From assembly GCA_934463455.1 (NCBI GenBank), contig CAKSJU010000001.1:1-62386 (forward strand): a DNA stretch of 62,386 nucleotides, read 5' to 3'. Each line of letters opens with the position of its first letter. Within the stretch, counting starts at the first letter, position 1. The stretch is from an uncultured Clostridia bacterium. Its GTDB lineage: Bacteria; Bacillota; Clostridia; UBA1381. Below, one piece after another: positions 27,773 through 37,257 of this stretch. The notes under the pieces were generated by a model. That model was not told the origin of the DNA, did no database searches, and saw nothing but the letters and a program-made list of their open reading frames with translations. The position numbers and the translations under genes were made by a program.

Positions 27773-29170
27773 GTGAGTTATACGGATAAAATGGGAGAAG
27801 AATGCGGAGTATTTGCGGTATACGACCCAAAAGGCGAGGTTGCACATACAACATATTATGCGCTTTATGCACTTCAGCACAGAGGTCAGGAAAGCTGCGG
27901 AATAGCGATAAACAACGGCGGAGACATATCGCAGTATAAAGATATGGGCTTGGTAAACGAAGTTTTCAATGAGAAAATACTTTCGGAAATGCAGGGAACT
28001 ATGGCTGTCGGGCATGTGCGTTATTCCACTACGGGACAATCAAGAAGAGAGAATGCACAGCCTCTTGTTATAAGATATATAAAAGGCAACCTTGCGCTTG
28101 CTCATAACGGAAACCTCTTAAACAGCGGAGAGCTTTGGCATGAATTGAGCAAAAACGGTGCTATATTTCAAACAACAACCGATACCGAGGCGATTGCATA
28201 TATGATTGCACGCGAGCGCGTGGAAGCGGGAAGCGTAGAAGCAGCGGTAGAACGCGCAATGTATCATCTCAAGGGTGCGTATTCTCTTATTGTGATGAGT
28301 GCAAAAAAGCTTATAGCAGTGCGTGACCCATGGGGTTTCAGGCCGCTTTCTGTAGGAAAGTGCGGAGATGCGATAATGTTTTCCTCGGAGACTTGCGCAT
28401 TTGACAGTATAGGTGCAGAATTTGTACGTGAATTGGAGCCGGGAGAAATAGTGGTTGTTGAAAACGGAAAGATGCGCACTATTGACACTCATATGAAAAA
28501 GGCGACATCAAATATGTGCATATTCGAGTATTTGTATTTTTCGCGCCCGGACAGCGTTGTGGCGGGACAAGTGGTGCATGATTCGAGAATGCTTGCCGGT
28601 GCCTATCTTTCAAAAGAACATCCTGTTGATGCGGATGTGGTTATAGGAGTTCCGGATTCCGGGATAAGCGCGGCTATGGGTTACAGTAAATGCTCGGGAA
28701 TACCTTACGGACTGGGATTTGTAAAAAATAAGTATATAGGAAGAACTTTTATTCAGCCGACTCAATCTATGCGTGAAAATTCAGTGAGAATAAAGCTGAA
28801 TGTATTAAAAAGTACGGTTGAGGGAAAGAGAGTTGTTATGGTTGACGATTCGATTGTGAGAGGAACTACTTCAAGACGAATTGTAAGCCTGCTGAGAAAA
28901 GCGGGAGCAACCGAAGTTCATGTCCGCTCCTCTGCACCGCCTTTTATGCATCCGTGCTTTTTCGGTACGGATGTTCCGTCTAAGGAAAATCTGATTGCAT
29001 GGAATCGTTCGAACAGCGAAATGTGTGATATGATTGGGGCGGACAGCTTGGGATTTTTAAGCCTTGAAGCTCTTATGAAAATTGCCCCGGAAGCGAAATG
29101 CGGATTTTGTACCGGATGCTTTACCGGAAAATATCCGATAGATGTATCGGAAAATAAAGATATGTTTTAG
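27773..29170 (+). CDS. purF: Amidophosphoribosyltransferase
   Basis: ..ECGVFAVY.. N-terminal nucleophile Cys, a PRPP loop ..VVMVDDSIVRGTT.. and C-terminal Fe-S cysteines. The start is GTG. Confidence 0.95.
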   Translation: MSYTDKMGEECGVFAVYDPKGEVAHTTYYALYALQHRGQESCGIAINNGGDISQYKDMGLVNEVFNEKILSEMQGTMAVGHVRYSTTGQSRRENAQPLVIRYIKGNLALAHNGNLLNSGELWHELSKNGAIFQTTTDTEAIAYMIARERVEAGSVEAAVERAMYHLKGAYSLIVMSAKKLIAVRDPWGFRPLSVGKCGDAIMFSSETCAFDSIGAEFVRELEPGEIVVVENGKMRTIDTHMKKATSNMCIFEYLYFSRPDSVVAGQVVHDSRMLAGAYLSKEHPVDADVVIGVPDSGISAAMGYSKCSGIPYGLGFVKNKYIGRTFIQPTQSMRENSVRIKLNVLKSTVEGKRVVMVDDSIVRGTTSRRIVSLLRKAGATEVHVRSSAPPFMHPCFFGTDVPSKENLIAWNRSNSEMCDMIGADSLGFLSLEALMKIAPEAKCGFCTGCFTGKYPIDVSENKDMF

Positions 29171-29175
29171 ATAAC

Positions 29176-29227
29176 AAATACGCCCTCATACAGACAAAAT
29201 TGTTTATATGAAGGCGTATTTGTTTTT
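29176..29227 (+). terminator. Intrinsic terminator after purF
   Basis: AATACGCC...GGCGTATT stem followed by TGTTTTT. Confidence 0.65.
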
Positions 29228-29276
29228 GCTGTATAGGAAAATTGCGTTTTTTGAAAAAGTATGATATAATAGAAAA

Positions 29277-29408
29277 CAAGTCAAAAAAGGCATAACAAAA
29301 AGAGGTAGTGCAAATTATGACCGCACTTGCACAAGAGAGGGTCGAAATGAAATGACAGGGAAACAGACGTTCTCCATGAATTGCGAAGAATATGGAAACG
29401 TCTTTTTT
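29277..29408 (+). ncRNA. Candidate orphan small transcript / leader (promoter 29242-29270 to terminator 29366-29408)
   Basis: TTGCGT-17-TATAAT with an extended TG. About 130 nt downstream lies a long hairpin, GACGTTCTCCAT..ATGGAAACGTC + T6. The unit contains a 12-codon ORF (29317-29355, MTALAQERVEMK) behind AAGAGG. Confidence 0.3.
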
Positions 29409-29471
29409 CGTTGATAACATATAAATCATAAAAAACAAAGAAATTTGATTTTTTTTTAGATAATATTGCTC

Positions 29472-29500
29472 TTGACACATTCCTATATTTTAGGTATAAT
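29472..29500 (+). promoter_or_regulatory. Consensus sigma-A promoter for the panT-like/coaX unit
   Basis: TTGACA (29472-29477), 17 nt, TATAAT (29495-29500). Confidence 0.6.
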
Positions 29501-29573
29501 TTTAAAAGGATACAGTTTGTCCTATTTGAGAATATAATACTCGTTTAAAAGCGGGGGAACAGGAGATTTTATT

Positions 29574-30161
29574 ATGAACGAAACAAAAAACGGAATTTCC
29601 ACTCAATCTATCGTGCTTAGCGCGATTTTAACGGCGATTGTGGTTTTGCTTCAATTTATGGGCTCTTTTATACATTTGGGACCGTTTTCGGTCTCGCTTG
29701 TGCTGCTTCCTATAGTAATCGGCGCGGCAATCTGCGGCGTCGGAACGGGGGCATGGCTCGGCTTGGTATTCGGATTTGTAGTGCTTTTGAGCGGTGATGC
29801 GTCGGCATTCCTGGCGGTAAATGCACCGGGTACCATATTGACGGTACTGCTGAAAGGACTTGCGTGCGGAGCGGTTTCAGGACTTGTTTACAAGCTTATC
29901 GAGCCGAAAAACAGATATGCCGCAACAGCTGCTGCTGCGGTTGTTTGTCCGATTGTAAACACCGGGATATTTTTGATAGGATGTTTTTTGTTTTTTATGA
30001 ATACCATAACCGAATGGGCAGCCGGAACGGGATTCGGAGAGGATGTAGGTAAATATATTCTTTTCGTGATTGTCGGCGGAAATTTTTTGTTCGAATTTAT
30101 TTTAAATATTGTTATCAGCCCGGTAATTGTACGTCTTATAAATATCCGAGAAAAAGGCTGA
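29574..30161 (+). CDS. ECF transporter S component, pantothenate-type (PanT-like) by context
   Basis: 195 aa, multi-TM and Gly/Ala-rich as in an S component. It lies immediately upstream of coaX. Confidence 0.55.
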   Translation: MNETKNGISTQSIVLSAILTAIVVLLQFMGSFIHLGPFSVSLVLLPIVIGAAICGVGTGAWLGLVFGFVVLLSGDASAFLAVNAPGTILTVLLKGLACGAVSGLVYKLIEPKNRYAATAAAAVVCPIVNTGIFLIGCFLFFMNTITEWAAGTGFGEDVGKYILFVIVGGNFLFEFILNIVISPVIVRLINIREKG

Positions 30162-30186
30162 TAAAAAACGGAGGAATACAAAAGCT

Positions 30187-30951
30187 ATGATACTCGCTCT
30201 TGATGTCGGAAACACAAATATTGTTCTCGGCTGTATTGATGATAAAAATATATACTTTGAAGGAAGAGTTGCAACCGATTTAAACAAAACCGAAATGGAA
30301 TATGCGGTCATGTTCAAAAATATTCTTGATATTTATGATGTTGACCAGACATTGCTCGAGGGAGCAATTATTTCGTCGGTTGTACCGCCGCTTAATACGG
30401 CTCTTTCACGCGCGGTGCATGCTGTTACCGGATTTGAACCGATTGAAGTGAACATTCACAAAAATACGGGCTTGAAGATAGACGTTGACAATGCCGACGA
30501 AATAGGAAACGACCTTATAGTTGCGACAGTTGCGGCAATGGCGGAATTTAAGCCGCCGATGACCATAATAGATATGGGTACGGCAACCACGTTTTGGGTA
30601 ATAGATAAAGACGGAACTCCGTGCGGCGGAGCTTTTATGCCGGGTGTGAAAATATCGCAGGAGGCTCTTTCGGGACGCACTTCACAGCTGCCGAGCATAA
30701 GCTTTTCGGGAATGAAAAGCGTTATAGGCAGAAACACCGTCGATTGTATGAAAAGCGGTATGATATACGGAACAGCCGCGATGATTGACGGCATGATAGA
30801 AAGAATTGACGATGAAATCGGCGCAAAAACAACGGTCATAGCTACCGGCGGCTTGGCGGGCGGAATAATTCCTTATTGCAAAAAAGAAATTATTTACCGT
30901 GATGATTTGCTGATTCGAGGGTTGTGGATAATATATGAGAAAAACAAATAG
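30187..30951 (+). CDS. coaX: Type III pantothenate kinase
   Basis: MILALDVGNTNIVLG.. and ..IDMGTATT.., with an ASKHA fold typical of CoaX. Confidence 0.9.
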   Translation: MILALDVGNTNIVLGCIDDKNIYFEGRVATDLNKTEMEYAVMFKNILDIYDVDQTLLEGAIISSVVPPLNTALSRAVHAVTGFEPIEVNIHKNTGLKIDVDNADEIGNDLIVATVAAMAEFKPPMTIIDMGTATTFWVIDKDGTPCGGAFMPGVKISQEALSGRTSQLPSISFSGMKSVIGRNTVDCMKSGMIYGTAAMIDGMIERIDDEIGAKTTVIATGGLAGGIIPYCKKEIIYRDDLLIRGLWIIYEKNK

Positions 30952-30971
30952 ACGGGATTGATTAATAAAAT

Positions 30972-31841
30972 ATGTGGATTGCTGATAAATGGACAGATTA
31001 CCGTCTTTTGGATTCGGCGGGAGGAGAAAAGCTTGAATACTGGGGGAGCATACTTTTAAGGCGTCCCGACCCGCAGGCAATATGGACGGAAAAGTCAGAA
31101 AAAAAGCTATGGGATAAAACCGACGCATGGTATCACAGGAGTAATTCAGGCGGAGGTCACTGGCAGTTTTTTAACAAAAAAATGCCGCAAAGCTGGACAG
31201 TTAACTACAGAGAGCTTACATTTAACATTAAACCCATGGGCTTTAAGCATACCGGGCTGTTCCCGGAGCAGGCGGTAAACTGGGACTGGTTTTCCGAGCT
31301 TATAAAAAATGCAAAAAGACCGATAAAGGTGCTTAATCTTTTTGCTTATACCGGAGGAGCTACCACGGCGGCACTTTCGGCAGGTGCGGAGGTTGTTCAT
31401 GTTGACGCGTCAAAAGGCATGGTAACCTGGGCAAAGGAAAATGTTATTGCTTCCGGCCTGGGAGAAAAACCGGTAAGATATATAGTAGACGACGTGGTAA
31501 AATTCGTTAAAAGAGAAATAAGACGCGGCAAAAAATATGACGCGGTTATAATGGACCCGCCATCCTACGGAAGAGGACCTAACGGAGAAATGTGGAAAAT
31601 TGAAAATGAGCTTTATCCGCTCATTGAAGATTGCATGACTGTTTTGTCGGATGACCCGCTTTTCTTTTTGATTAACTCATATACTACGGGATTGAGCTGC
31701 ACAATTTTGAATAATGTGCTTAATTATACGTTGGTGAAAAAATACGGAGGAATTTCCGAAACCGACGAAATAGGACTTAAGATGATTTCGAACGGCATGG
31801 TGCTGCCTTGCGGAATATCGGCTCGGTGGAGCAAAAGATAA
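30972..31841 (+). CDS. Class I SAM-dependent methyltransferase (RlmI/RlmK-like catalytic domain, no PUA)
   Basis: ..KHTGLFPEQ..VLNLFAYTGGAT..VVHVDASKG..IMDPPSYGRG.. Confidence 0.7.
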   Translation: MWIADKWTDYRLLDSAGGEKLEYWGSILLRRPDPQAIWTEKSEKKLWDKTDAWYHRSNSGGGHWQFFNKKMPQSWTVNYRELTFNIKPMGFKHTGLFPEQAVNWDWFSELIKNAKRPIKVLNLFAYTGGATTAALSAGAEVVHVDASKGMVTWAKENVIASGLGEKPVRYIVDDVVKFVKREIRRGKKYDAVIMDPPSYGRGPNGEMWKIENELYPLIEDCMTVLSDDPLFFLINSYTTGLSCTILNNVLNYTLVKKYGGISETDEIGLKMISNGMVLPCGISARWSKR

Positions 31842-31903
31842 CCTGAGTACAAATGCTTCTTGTAAATAAAGAAACATTGCTTCAATTTTAAAGGAAGATA
31901 GAA

Positions 31904-32755
31904 ATGATAAAAACCGAAAATCTGACATACTCTTATAAAACAGAGGATGACAGTAACCAAAAGCTTGTTTTGGACAATTTGAATATAGAAATAGAAGACG
32001 GAAGCTTTGTTGCGGTACTTGGGCATAACGGCTCGGGAAAATCCACTCTTGCAAAGCACATGAATGCGATTTTGCTGCCGGTCGGCGGAAGAGTTATTGT
32101 GTTCGGCATGGACACGGCAGATGAAAACCTTTTGTACGATATAAGAAGCTCGGTAGGTATGGTTTTTCAAAATCCGGATAATCAGATTGTTACTTCCGTA
32201 GTTGAGGATGAAGTGGCATTTGCTCCGGAAAATCTGGGCACAGAGCCGAAAGAAATAAGACGAAGAGTGGATGAAGCACTTGAAATTGTCGGAATGTCGG
32301 AATACAAAAACGCTTCTCCGTCAAAGCTGTCCGGCGGTCAGAAACAGAGGATTGCCATAGCTTCGGCACTGGCAATGGAGCCGCGGTGCATAGTTTTGGA
32401 CGAGCCTACCGCAATGCTTGACCCGAGAGGCAGGCAGGAAATAATGGCGACGGTGCACAGGCTAAACAAAGAAAAGAAAATGACGGTTGTTCTTATTACT
32501 CATTACATGGATGAAGCCGCACAGGCAGACCGTGTTATAGTAATGAAAAAGGGCAGCGTTGTATTTGACGATATACCGGAAAAGGTATTTTCACATGTTG
32601 AGGAAATAAAAGAGATAGGATTGGACGTGCCGCAGGTTACCGAGCTTATGTATCTTTTAAGAAAAGACGGAATTGATTTGCCGGATGATATAATTTCAAT
32701 TGACAAAGGTGTGGCAGTATTGTATGATATATTAAAAACGGATGGGAAAGGATGA
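31904..32755 (+). CDS. ecfA1: ECF transporter ATPase EcfA1
   Basis: Walker A GHNGSGKST, signature LSGGQKQR and Walker B IVLDEPT. Confidence 0.9.
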   Translation: MIKTENLTYSYKTEDDSNQKLVLDNLNIEIEDGSFVAVLGHNGSGKSTLAKHMNAILLPVGGRVIVFGMDTADENLLYDIRSSVGMVFQNPDNQIVTSVVEDEVAFAPENLGTEPKEIRRRVDEALEIVGMSEYKNASPSKLSGGQKQRIAIASALAMEPRCIVLDEPTAMLDPRGRQEIMATVHRLNKEKKMTVVLITHYMDEAAQADRVIVMKKGSVVFDDIPEKVFSHVEEIKEIGLDVPQVTELMYLLRKDGIDLPDDIISIDKGVAVLYDILKTDGKG

Positions 32756-32762
32756 ATGGTTG

Positions 32763-33623
32763 ATGATTAGGACGGAAAATCTTAATTTTGTATATCAATC
32801 GGATATGCCTTTTTCCACGGCAGCGCTTCATAATGTTAATATAGAAATAAAAGACGGAAGCTTTACCGCTTTAATAGGACATACAGGCTCCGGAAAATCC
32901 ACACTTATACAGACTTTTAATGCTCTTATAAAACCGACATCGGGCAGAATATATGTCGATGATTACGATGTTTGCGCGGAAAATGCCGATTTGAAAGAAA
33001 TAAGGAAAAAAGTGGGACTTGTTTTCCAATATCCCGAGCATCAGCTTTTTGAGGAAACAGTTGAAAAAGATATTGCTTTCGGACCTAAGAATATGGGCTT
33101 TTCAGAAGAAGAAATCATGCAAAAGGTAAAAAAAGCGGCAAAGGATGTCGGATTGGCTGATGAACTGCTGAAAAAATCACCTTTTGAGCTTTCGGGCGGA
33201 CAGCGCAGAAGAGCGGCGATTGCGGGGGTGCTTGCAACAGAGCCGAAAATATTGATACTTGACGAGCCGATGGCGGGACTTGACCCGCACGGCAGAGATG
33301 AGCTTATAAAGCTGTTAAAGGATATTCACCGCAAAGATGAAGAAAAAACCATTATTTTTGTTTCGCACAGCATGGAGGATGTGGCAAAGCTTGCGGAAAA
33401 TGTAATAGTTTTGAACAAGGGTGAAGTTTTTGCTTCGGGGAGTGTTCGGGAAGTTTTTTCAAAAGGCACCGAGCTTATGAAAATAGGCTTGAATGTTCCG
33501 GAAATAACTCGGCTTATCATTAAATTAAGGGAAAAAGGCATTGATTTGCCGACGGATATATATACCGTAGAAGCCGCAGAAGCAATAATAAAAGAAAAAA
33601 TTTCAGGGGGTAAAAATGCTTAA
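32763..33623 (+). CDS. ecfA2: ECF transporter ATPase EcfA2
   Basis: GHTGSGKST, LSGGQRRR and ILILDEP. The start could alternatively be 32742. Confidence 0.9.
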   Translation: MIRTENLNFVYQSDMPFSTAALHNVNIEIKDGSFTALIGHTGSGKSTLIQTFNALIKPTSGRIYVDDYDVCAENADLKEIRKKVGLVFQYPEHQLFEETVEKDIAFGPKNMGFSEEEIMQKVKKAAKDVGLADELLKKSPFELSGGQRRRAAIAGVLATEPKILILDEPMAGLDPHGRDELIKLLKDIHRKDEEKTIIFVSHSMEDVAKLAENVIVLNKGEVFASGSVREVFSKGTELMKIGLNVPEITRLIIKLREKGIDLPTDIYTVEAAEAIIKEKISGGKNA

Positions 33624-34431
33624 AGATATAACAATAGGTCAGTATGTTGATACAAATTCAATTATTCATAAGCTTGACCCGAGAACAAAAATATTGCTGC
33701 TTTTTGTATTTTTGGTTGTGCTGTTTTCGACAGCAAACCCTGTAGGCTATGTTATATTGGCGGCATTTACCTTTTTGGTTGTAATATTGAGCAAAATCCC
33801 CATAAAATATATACTTCGCGGTATGAAAGCGATTATGTTTATTTTGGTTTTCACAATGATGCTTAATTTGTTTGTGACTCCGGGCAGAATTGTTTGGAGC
33901 ATGAAAATACTTCCGTCATGGACTGTTGAAATAACGGCGGAGGGAATAAAAATGGCAATTCTTTTATTTTTCAGATTGCTGTTTTTGGTAGTGATGTCAT
34001 CACTTTTAACGCTCACAACATCGCCTGTCAGCTTGACGGACGGTATAGAAAAGCTGTTAAAACCGTTTGAAATAATAAAAGTCCCGGCACATGAAATAGC
34101 TATGATGATGACTATAGCAATAAGATTTATTCCGACTCTTGCGGAGGAAGCCGATAAAATAATGAAAGCTCAAATGGCAAGAGGTGCGGATTTTTCGAGC
34201 GGTAATATTATAAACCGAACAAAAGCGCTTCTGCCGCTTTTGGTGCCGCTTTTCGTAAGTGCTTTCAGACGTGCGGACGACCTTGCCACCGCTATGGATG
34301 CAAGATGCTATCACGGTGGGAAAAATCGTACGCGAATGAAAGAAATTAAAATGAGCAGGATTGACCTTGCTGCGGCATTGTGCATGGCAGGTTTATGTGT
34401 TTTGGTATTTTTTGCGGATAAAATAGTATAA
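33616..34431 (+). CDS. ecfT: ECF transporter transmembrane component EcfT
   Basis: 271 aa, multi-TM, with ..ARGAD.. and ..A.A...R.. coupling-helix motifs. It overlaps the ecfA2 stop. Confidence 0.85.
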   Translation: MLKDITIGQYVDTNSIIHKLDPRTKILLLFVFLVVLFSTANPVGYVILAAFTFLVVILSKIPIKYILRGMKAIMFILVFTMMLNLFVTPGRIVWSMKILPSWTVEITAEGIKMAILLFFRLLFLVVMSSLLTLTTSPVSLTDGIEKLLKPFEIIKVPAHEIAMMMTIAIRFIPTLAEEADKIMKAQMARGADFSSGNIINRTKALLPLLVPLFVSAFRRADDLATAMDARCYHGGKNRTRMKEIKMSRIDLAAALCMAGLCVLVFFADKIV

Positions 34432-34446
34432 GCCGGAGGGGATATT

Positions 34447-35181
34447 TTGAAAAATATAAAATTAACCCTGCTATTTGACGGAGCGAACTATCACGGATGG
34501 CAAATACAGAAAAACGGTATCACAATTCAGGAAATAATGGAGAATACCGTTTCGAAAATTGTCGGCTGCAAGACGCATGTGGTAGGCTGCGGACGTACCG
34601 ACGCGGGAGTTCATGCAAAGGGATTTGTATGTAATTTTACTGCAGATACAGACATTCCGGGCGATAAATTTTTCTATGCCTTAAACTCGCGCTTGCCAAA
34701 GGATATTATCTGCATAAATTCAAAAGAGGTTTCCGAGAACTTTCACTCAAAGAAATCGTGCATAAAAAAAACATACTCGTATTATATAACAAACGGGAAA
34801 TTCCCGGATATATTTAATCATTCGTGGCATTATCCGCATCCTTTGGATATTGACAAAATGAACAAGGCAGCAAGGGCTTTTTTGGGAACACATGATTTTG
34901 TGGGATTTGCGGCAAGCGGTTTTACGGTAAAAACCACTGTCAGGACAATATATGCCCTGGAAGTATCGAGAAATGAAGAGCTTGTAAGAATAGACGTAAC
35001 AGGAAACGGATTTTTATATAATATGGTAAGGATAATTGCCGGAACACTTGCTTTTGTCGGTTCGGGAAAAATAAATCCCGAAGAAATGCAGGATATAATT
35101 GCTTCGCGCGACAGAACGCGTGCGGGAATGACTGCTCCGGCTGACGGATTGTTTTTATCGGAGGTTTTTTATGAAGAATAA
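34447..35181 (+). CDS. truA: tRNA pseudouridine(38-40) synthase
   Basis: ..YDGANYHGWQIQ..GCGRTDAGVHA.. It sits in the conserved position after ecfT and starts at TTG. Confidence 0.9.
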   Translation: MKNIKLTLLFDGANYHGWQIQKNGITIQEIMENTVSKIVGCKTHVVGCGRTDAGVHAKGFVCNFTADTDIPGDKFFYALNSRLPKDIICINSKEVSENFHSKKSCIKKTYSYYITNGKFPDIFNHSWHYPHPLDIDKMNKAARAFLGTHDFVGFAASGFTVKTTVRTIYALEVSRNEELVRIDVTGNGFLYNMVRIIAGTLAFVGSGKINPEEMQDIIASRDRTRAGMTAPADGLFLSEVFYEE

Positions 35182-36451
35182 ATACAAAATATTGCTTCTT
35201 GCAATAATAATGATAGCCGTTGCATGCTTTGCTGTGACTGCATCCGGAGTGAAAATTCCGTATCTTCAAAATTACGGTACGAATTTCAGACGGAATGTGA
35301 AAAATATAGCCGAAACTATAGGCTTGAATTTGCCCGAGGGGGTACAAAATTATCTGAATAAAACGCCAAAGCCGCTTACTACAGAGGAAAAGCTTGATTT
35401 GATAGAAAAAATGGAAGCGGATAATCAAAATGAACAAGCGTCTCCGACGCCGTCCATACAGGTGGAGGAACAGCCGCTGATGTCTGCAAAATCAAAGATT
35501 GTTGCACTCAAAAACGCATATTCCGCGGCATACATAAGCTATAATTCGCATCTTATTTGTGCGGCGGATACCGCTCTTATTTGTTACGACGCAAACGGAA
35601 ACGAACTGTGGAGTACGGATATAAGCTTGTCCGATCCGATTCTCAAGACCTCCGGCAGATATATTATTGCTGCGGAAAAAGGAGGTACAAAAGCATATTT
35701 GTTTTCCGGGAAAAAGAAAATTTGGGAATATGCTACCGAAAGTCCGATTATGTCGGCGGATGTTTCGGAAAACGGTGACGGAGTGATAATAACCGATAAA
35801 CCTCATTATAAAGGTGAAGTTAATGTTATAAACCGAAAAGGCGAATTGGTGTATCAGTGGAATTCGGGAAAATATGAAGTTTTGGACGCCGATATATCGG
35901 CTGCATCGAGAAAGCTTGCGGTATCGCTTTTGAATACGGAAAACGGAGCAGATACAAAAATATCATTTTTTGATTTAAAGCAAAGCGAAAGCTATGCTTC
36001 GGCAGACCTTACCGATACGATTGCGTTTGATATAGAATTTTGCGGCGAAACACTGAATGCGGTATGCGACAATAAGACAGTCGGAATAAATACAAAAGGT
36101 CATATATCCTGGCAAAAAGATTTTGAAAATAAAAATCTTACAAAATATTTTGTTGAAAACAGCGGATATAAACTGCTTGTTTTTGATAACAGCAATGTAT
36201 CGCAAATGAGCGTTATATCGGGCAGAGGCGGCGAAAAATCCAATATAGAAACGCAAACCTTCCCCGACTGTATTTACGTTTTTGAAGGACATCTTCTCTA
36301 CAATAACGGCAGGAGACTTATATACACTTCTCTTTCGGGAAGAAATCAACAGGAATATAATTGTACCCGTGATGTATATAATTTATTGATACTGGATTCT
36401 TCCAATCTTTTGGTTGTTTACAATTCCAGTATTGAATTTATTAACTTATAG
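35171..36451 (+). CDS. Membrane-anchored hypothetical protein with predicted beta-propeller-like ectodomain (DUF5711-like by recollection)
   Basis: 426 aa, with an N-terminal TM segment followed by repetitive beta-strand-rich sequence. No catalytic motifs were recognised. Confidence 0.4.
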   Translation: MKNKYKILLLAIIMIAVACFAVTASGVKIPYLQNYGTNFRRNVKNIAETIGLNLPEGVQNYLNKTPKPLTTEEKLDLIEKMEADNQNEQASPTPSIQVEEQPLMSAKSKIVALKNAYSAAYISYNSHLICAADTALICYDANGNELWSTDISLSDPILKTSGRYIIAAEKGGTKAYLFSGKKKIWEYATESPIMSADVSENGDGVIITDKPHYKGEVNVINRKGELVYQWNSGKYEVLDADISAASRKLAVSLLNTENGADTKISFFDLKQSESYASADLTDTIAFDIEFCGETLNAVCDNKTVGINTKGHISWQKDFENKNLTKYFVENSGYKLLVFDNSNVSQMSVISGRGGEKSNIETQTFPDCIYVFEGHLLYNNGRRLIYTSLSGRNQQEYNCTRDVYNLLILDSSNLLVVYNSSIEFINL

Positions 36452-36501
36452 GCATATGCCGAAAAGGGACGTGCTTTTGCACGGCAGAACGGAGGTACTG
36501 T

Positions 36502-37209
36502 ATGAAATTGTGGATTTTGGCAGACATTGCATTGCTTGCACTTGTGGCACTTTTGGGGAACAAATCGTTTAAAAAAGGATTTTTAAAATCATCCTATGCC
36601 GGTATTTCATCATTTGCGGCACTGATTTTGGTTTTTACTCTTCATATTCCTTTTCAGGGATATGTGGAAAATTCGGTAATCGGAGATACTGTGAGGGAAA
36701 AAATCAGAATAAGCGTGGAAAATTCGGTTTATGCCGGCGGAAATGTGAAAGCGGAAAACGATGCCGACACGGCAAAGGAAGCGATAGACGGTCTTAAGCT
36801 GCCGGAATTTATGACCGGATGGATAAAGAACGCTATAGATACGCAAAAGCAAAATGTTGATTTGTTTAAGGATAATCTGATAGGCAGTCTTACAGATATG
36901 ATTTTTCCGTTTGTGATGCAGATTTTGTCGGTACTGCTTTTGTACTTGGTAATAAGAATAGGCATGTGGCTAATCTTTTCGGCATTCAGACTTATTTTTG
37001 AAATTCCGATACTTGGTATGGCAGATAAGCTTTTGGGGGCTGTTGTAGGCGGCGTGAATGCGCTTTTGATTATATATATAGCATCGGCTCTTTTAATGCT
37101 GCTTACGCCGGTAAATTCCATGGAAGCTTTGGAAAAGGGAATAAATTCAACTTATTTGTATAAATATTTTTATTATAATAATATAATAACAAATTTATTT
37201 TTCGGATAA
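36502..37209 (+). CDS. CvpA-family membrane protein
   Basis: 235 aa with 4 TM segments and an inserted soluble loop. The N-terminal ..ILADIALLALVALLG..KGF.. pattern matches CvpA. Confidence 0.55.
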   Translation: MKLWILADIALLALVALLGNKSFKKGFLKSSYAGISSFAALILVFTLHIPFQGYVENSVIGDTVREKIRISVENSVYAGGNVKAENDADTAKEAIDGLKLPEFMTGWIKNAIDTQKQNVDLFKDNLIGSLTDMIFPFVMQILSVLLLYLVIRIGMWLIFSAFRLIFEIPILGMADKLLGAVVGGVNALLIIYIASALLMLLTPVNSMEALEKGINSTYLYKYFYYNNIITNLFFG

Positions 37210-37257
37210 AATTGAAAATAAAATTTGATTTAAAAAGCTAATTTTTATTTCTACTCA

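Noticed and set aside
29121-29480. 119-aa and 65-aa minus-strand ORFs in the purF-panT gap.
   Set aside because: They overlap the purF 3' end and its terminator, have hydrophobic low-complexity translations and no RBS. The region is better explained by promoters, hairpins and gene relics.
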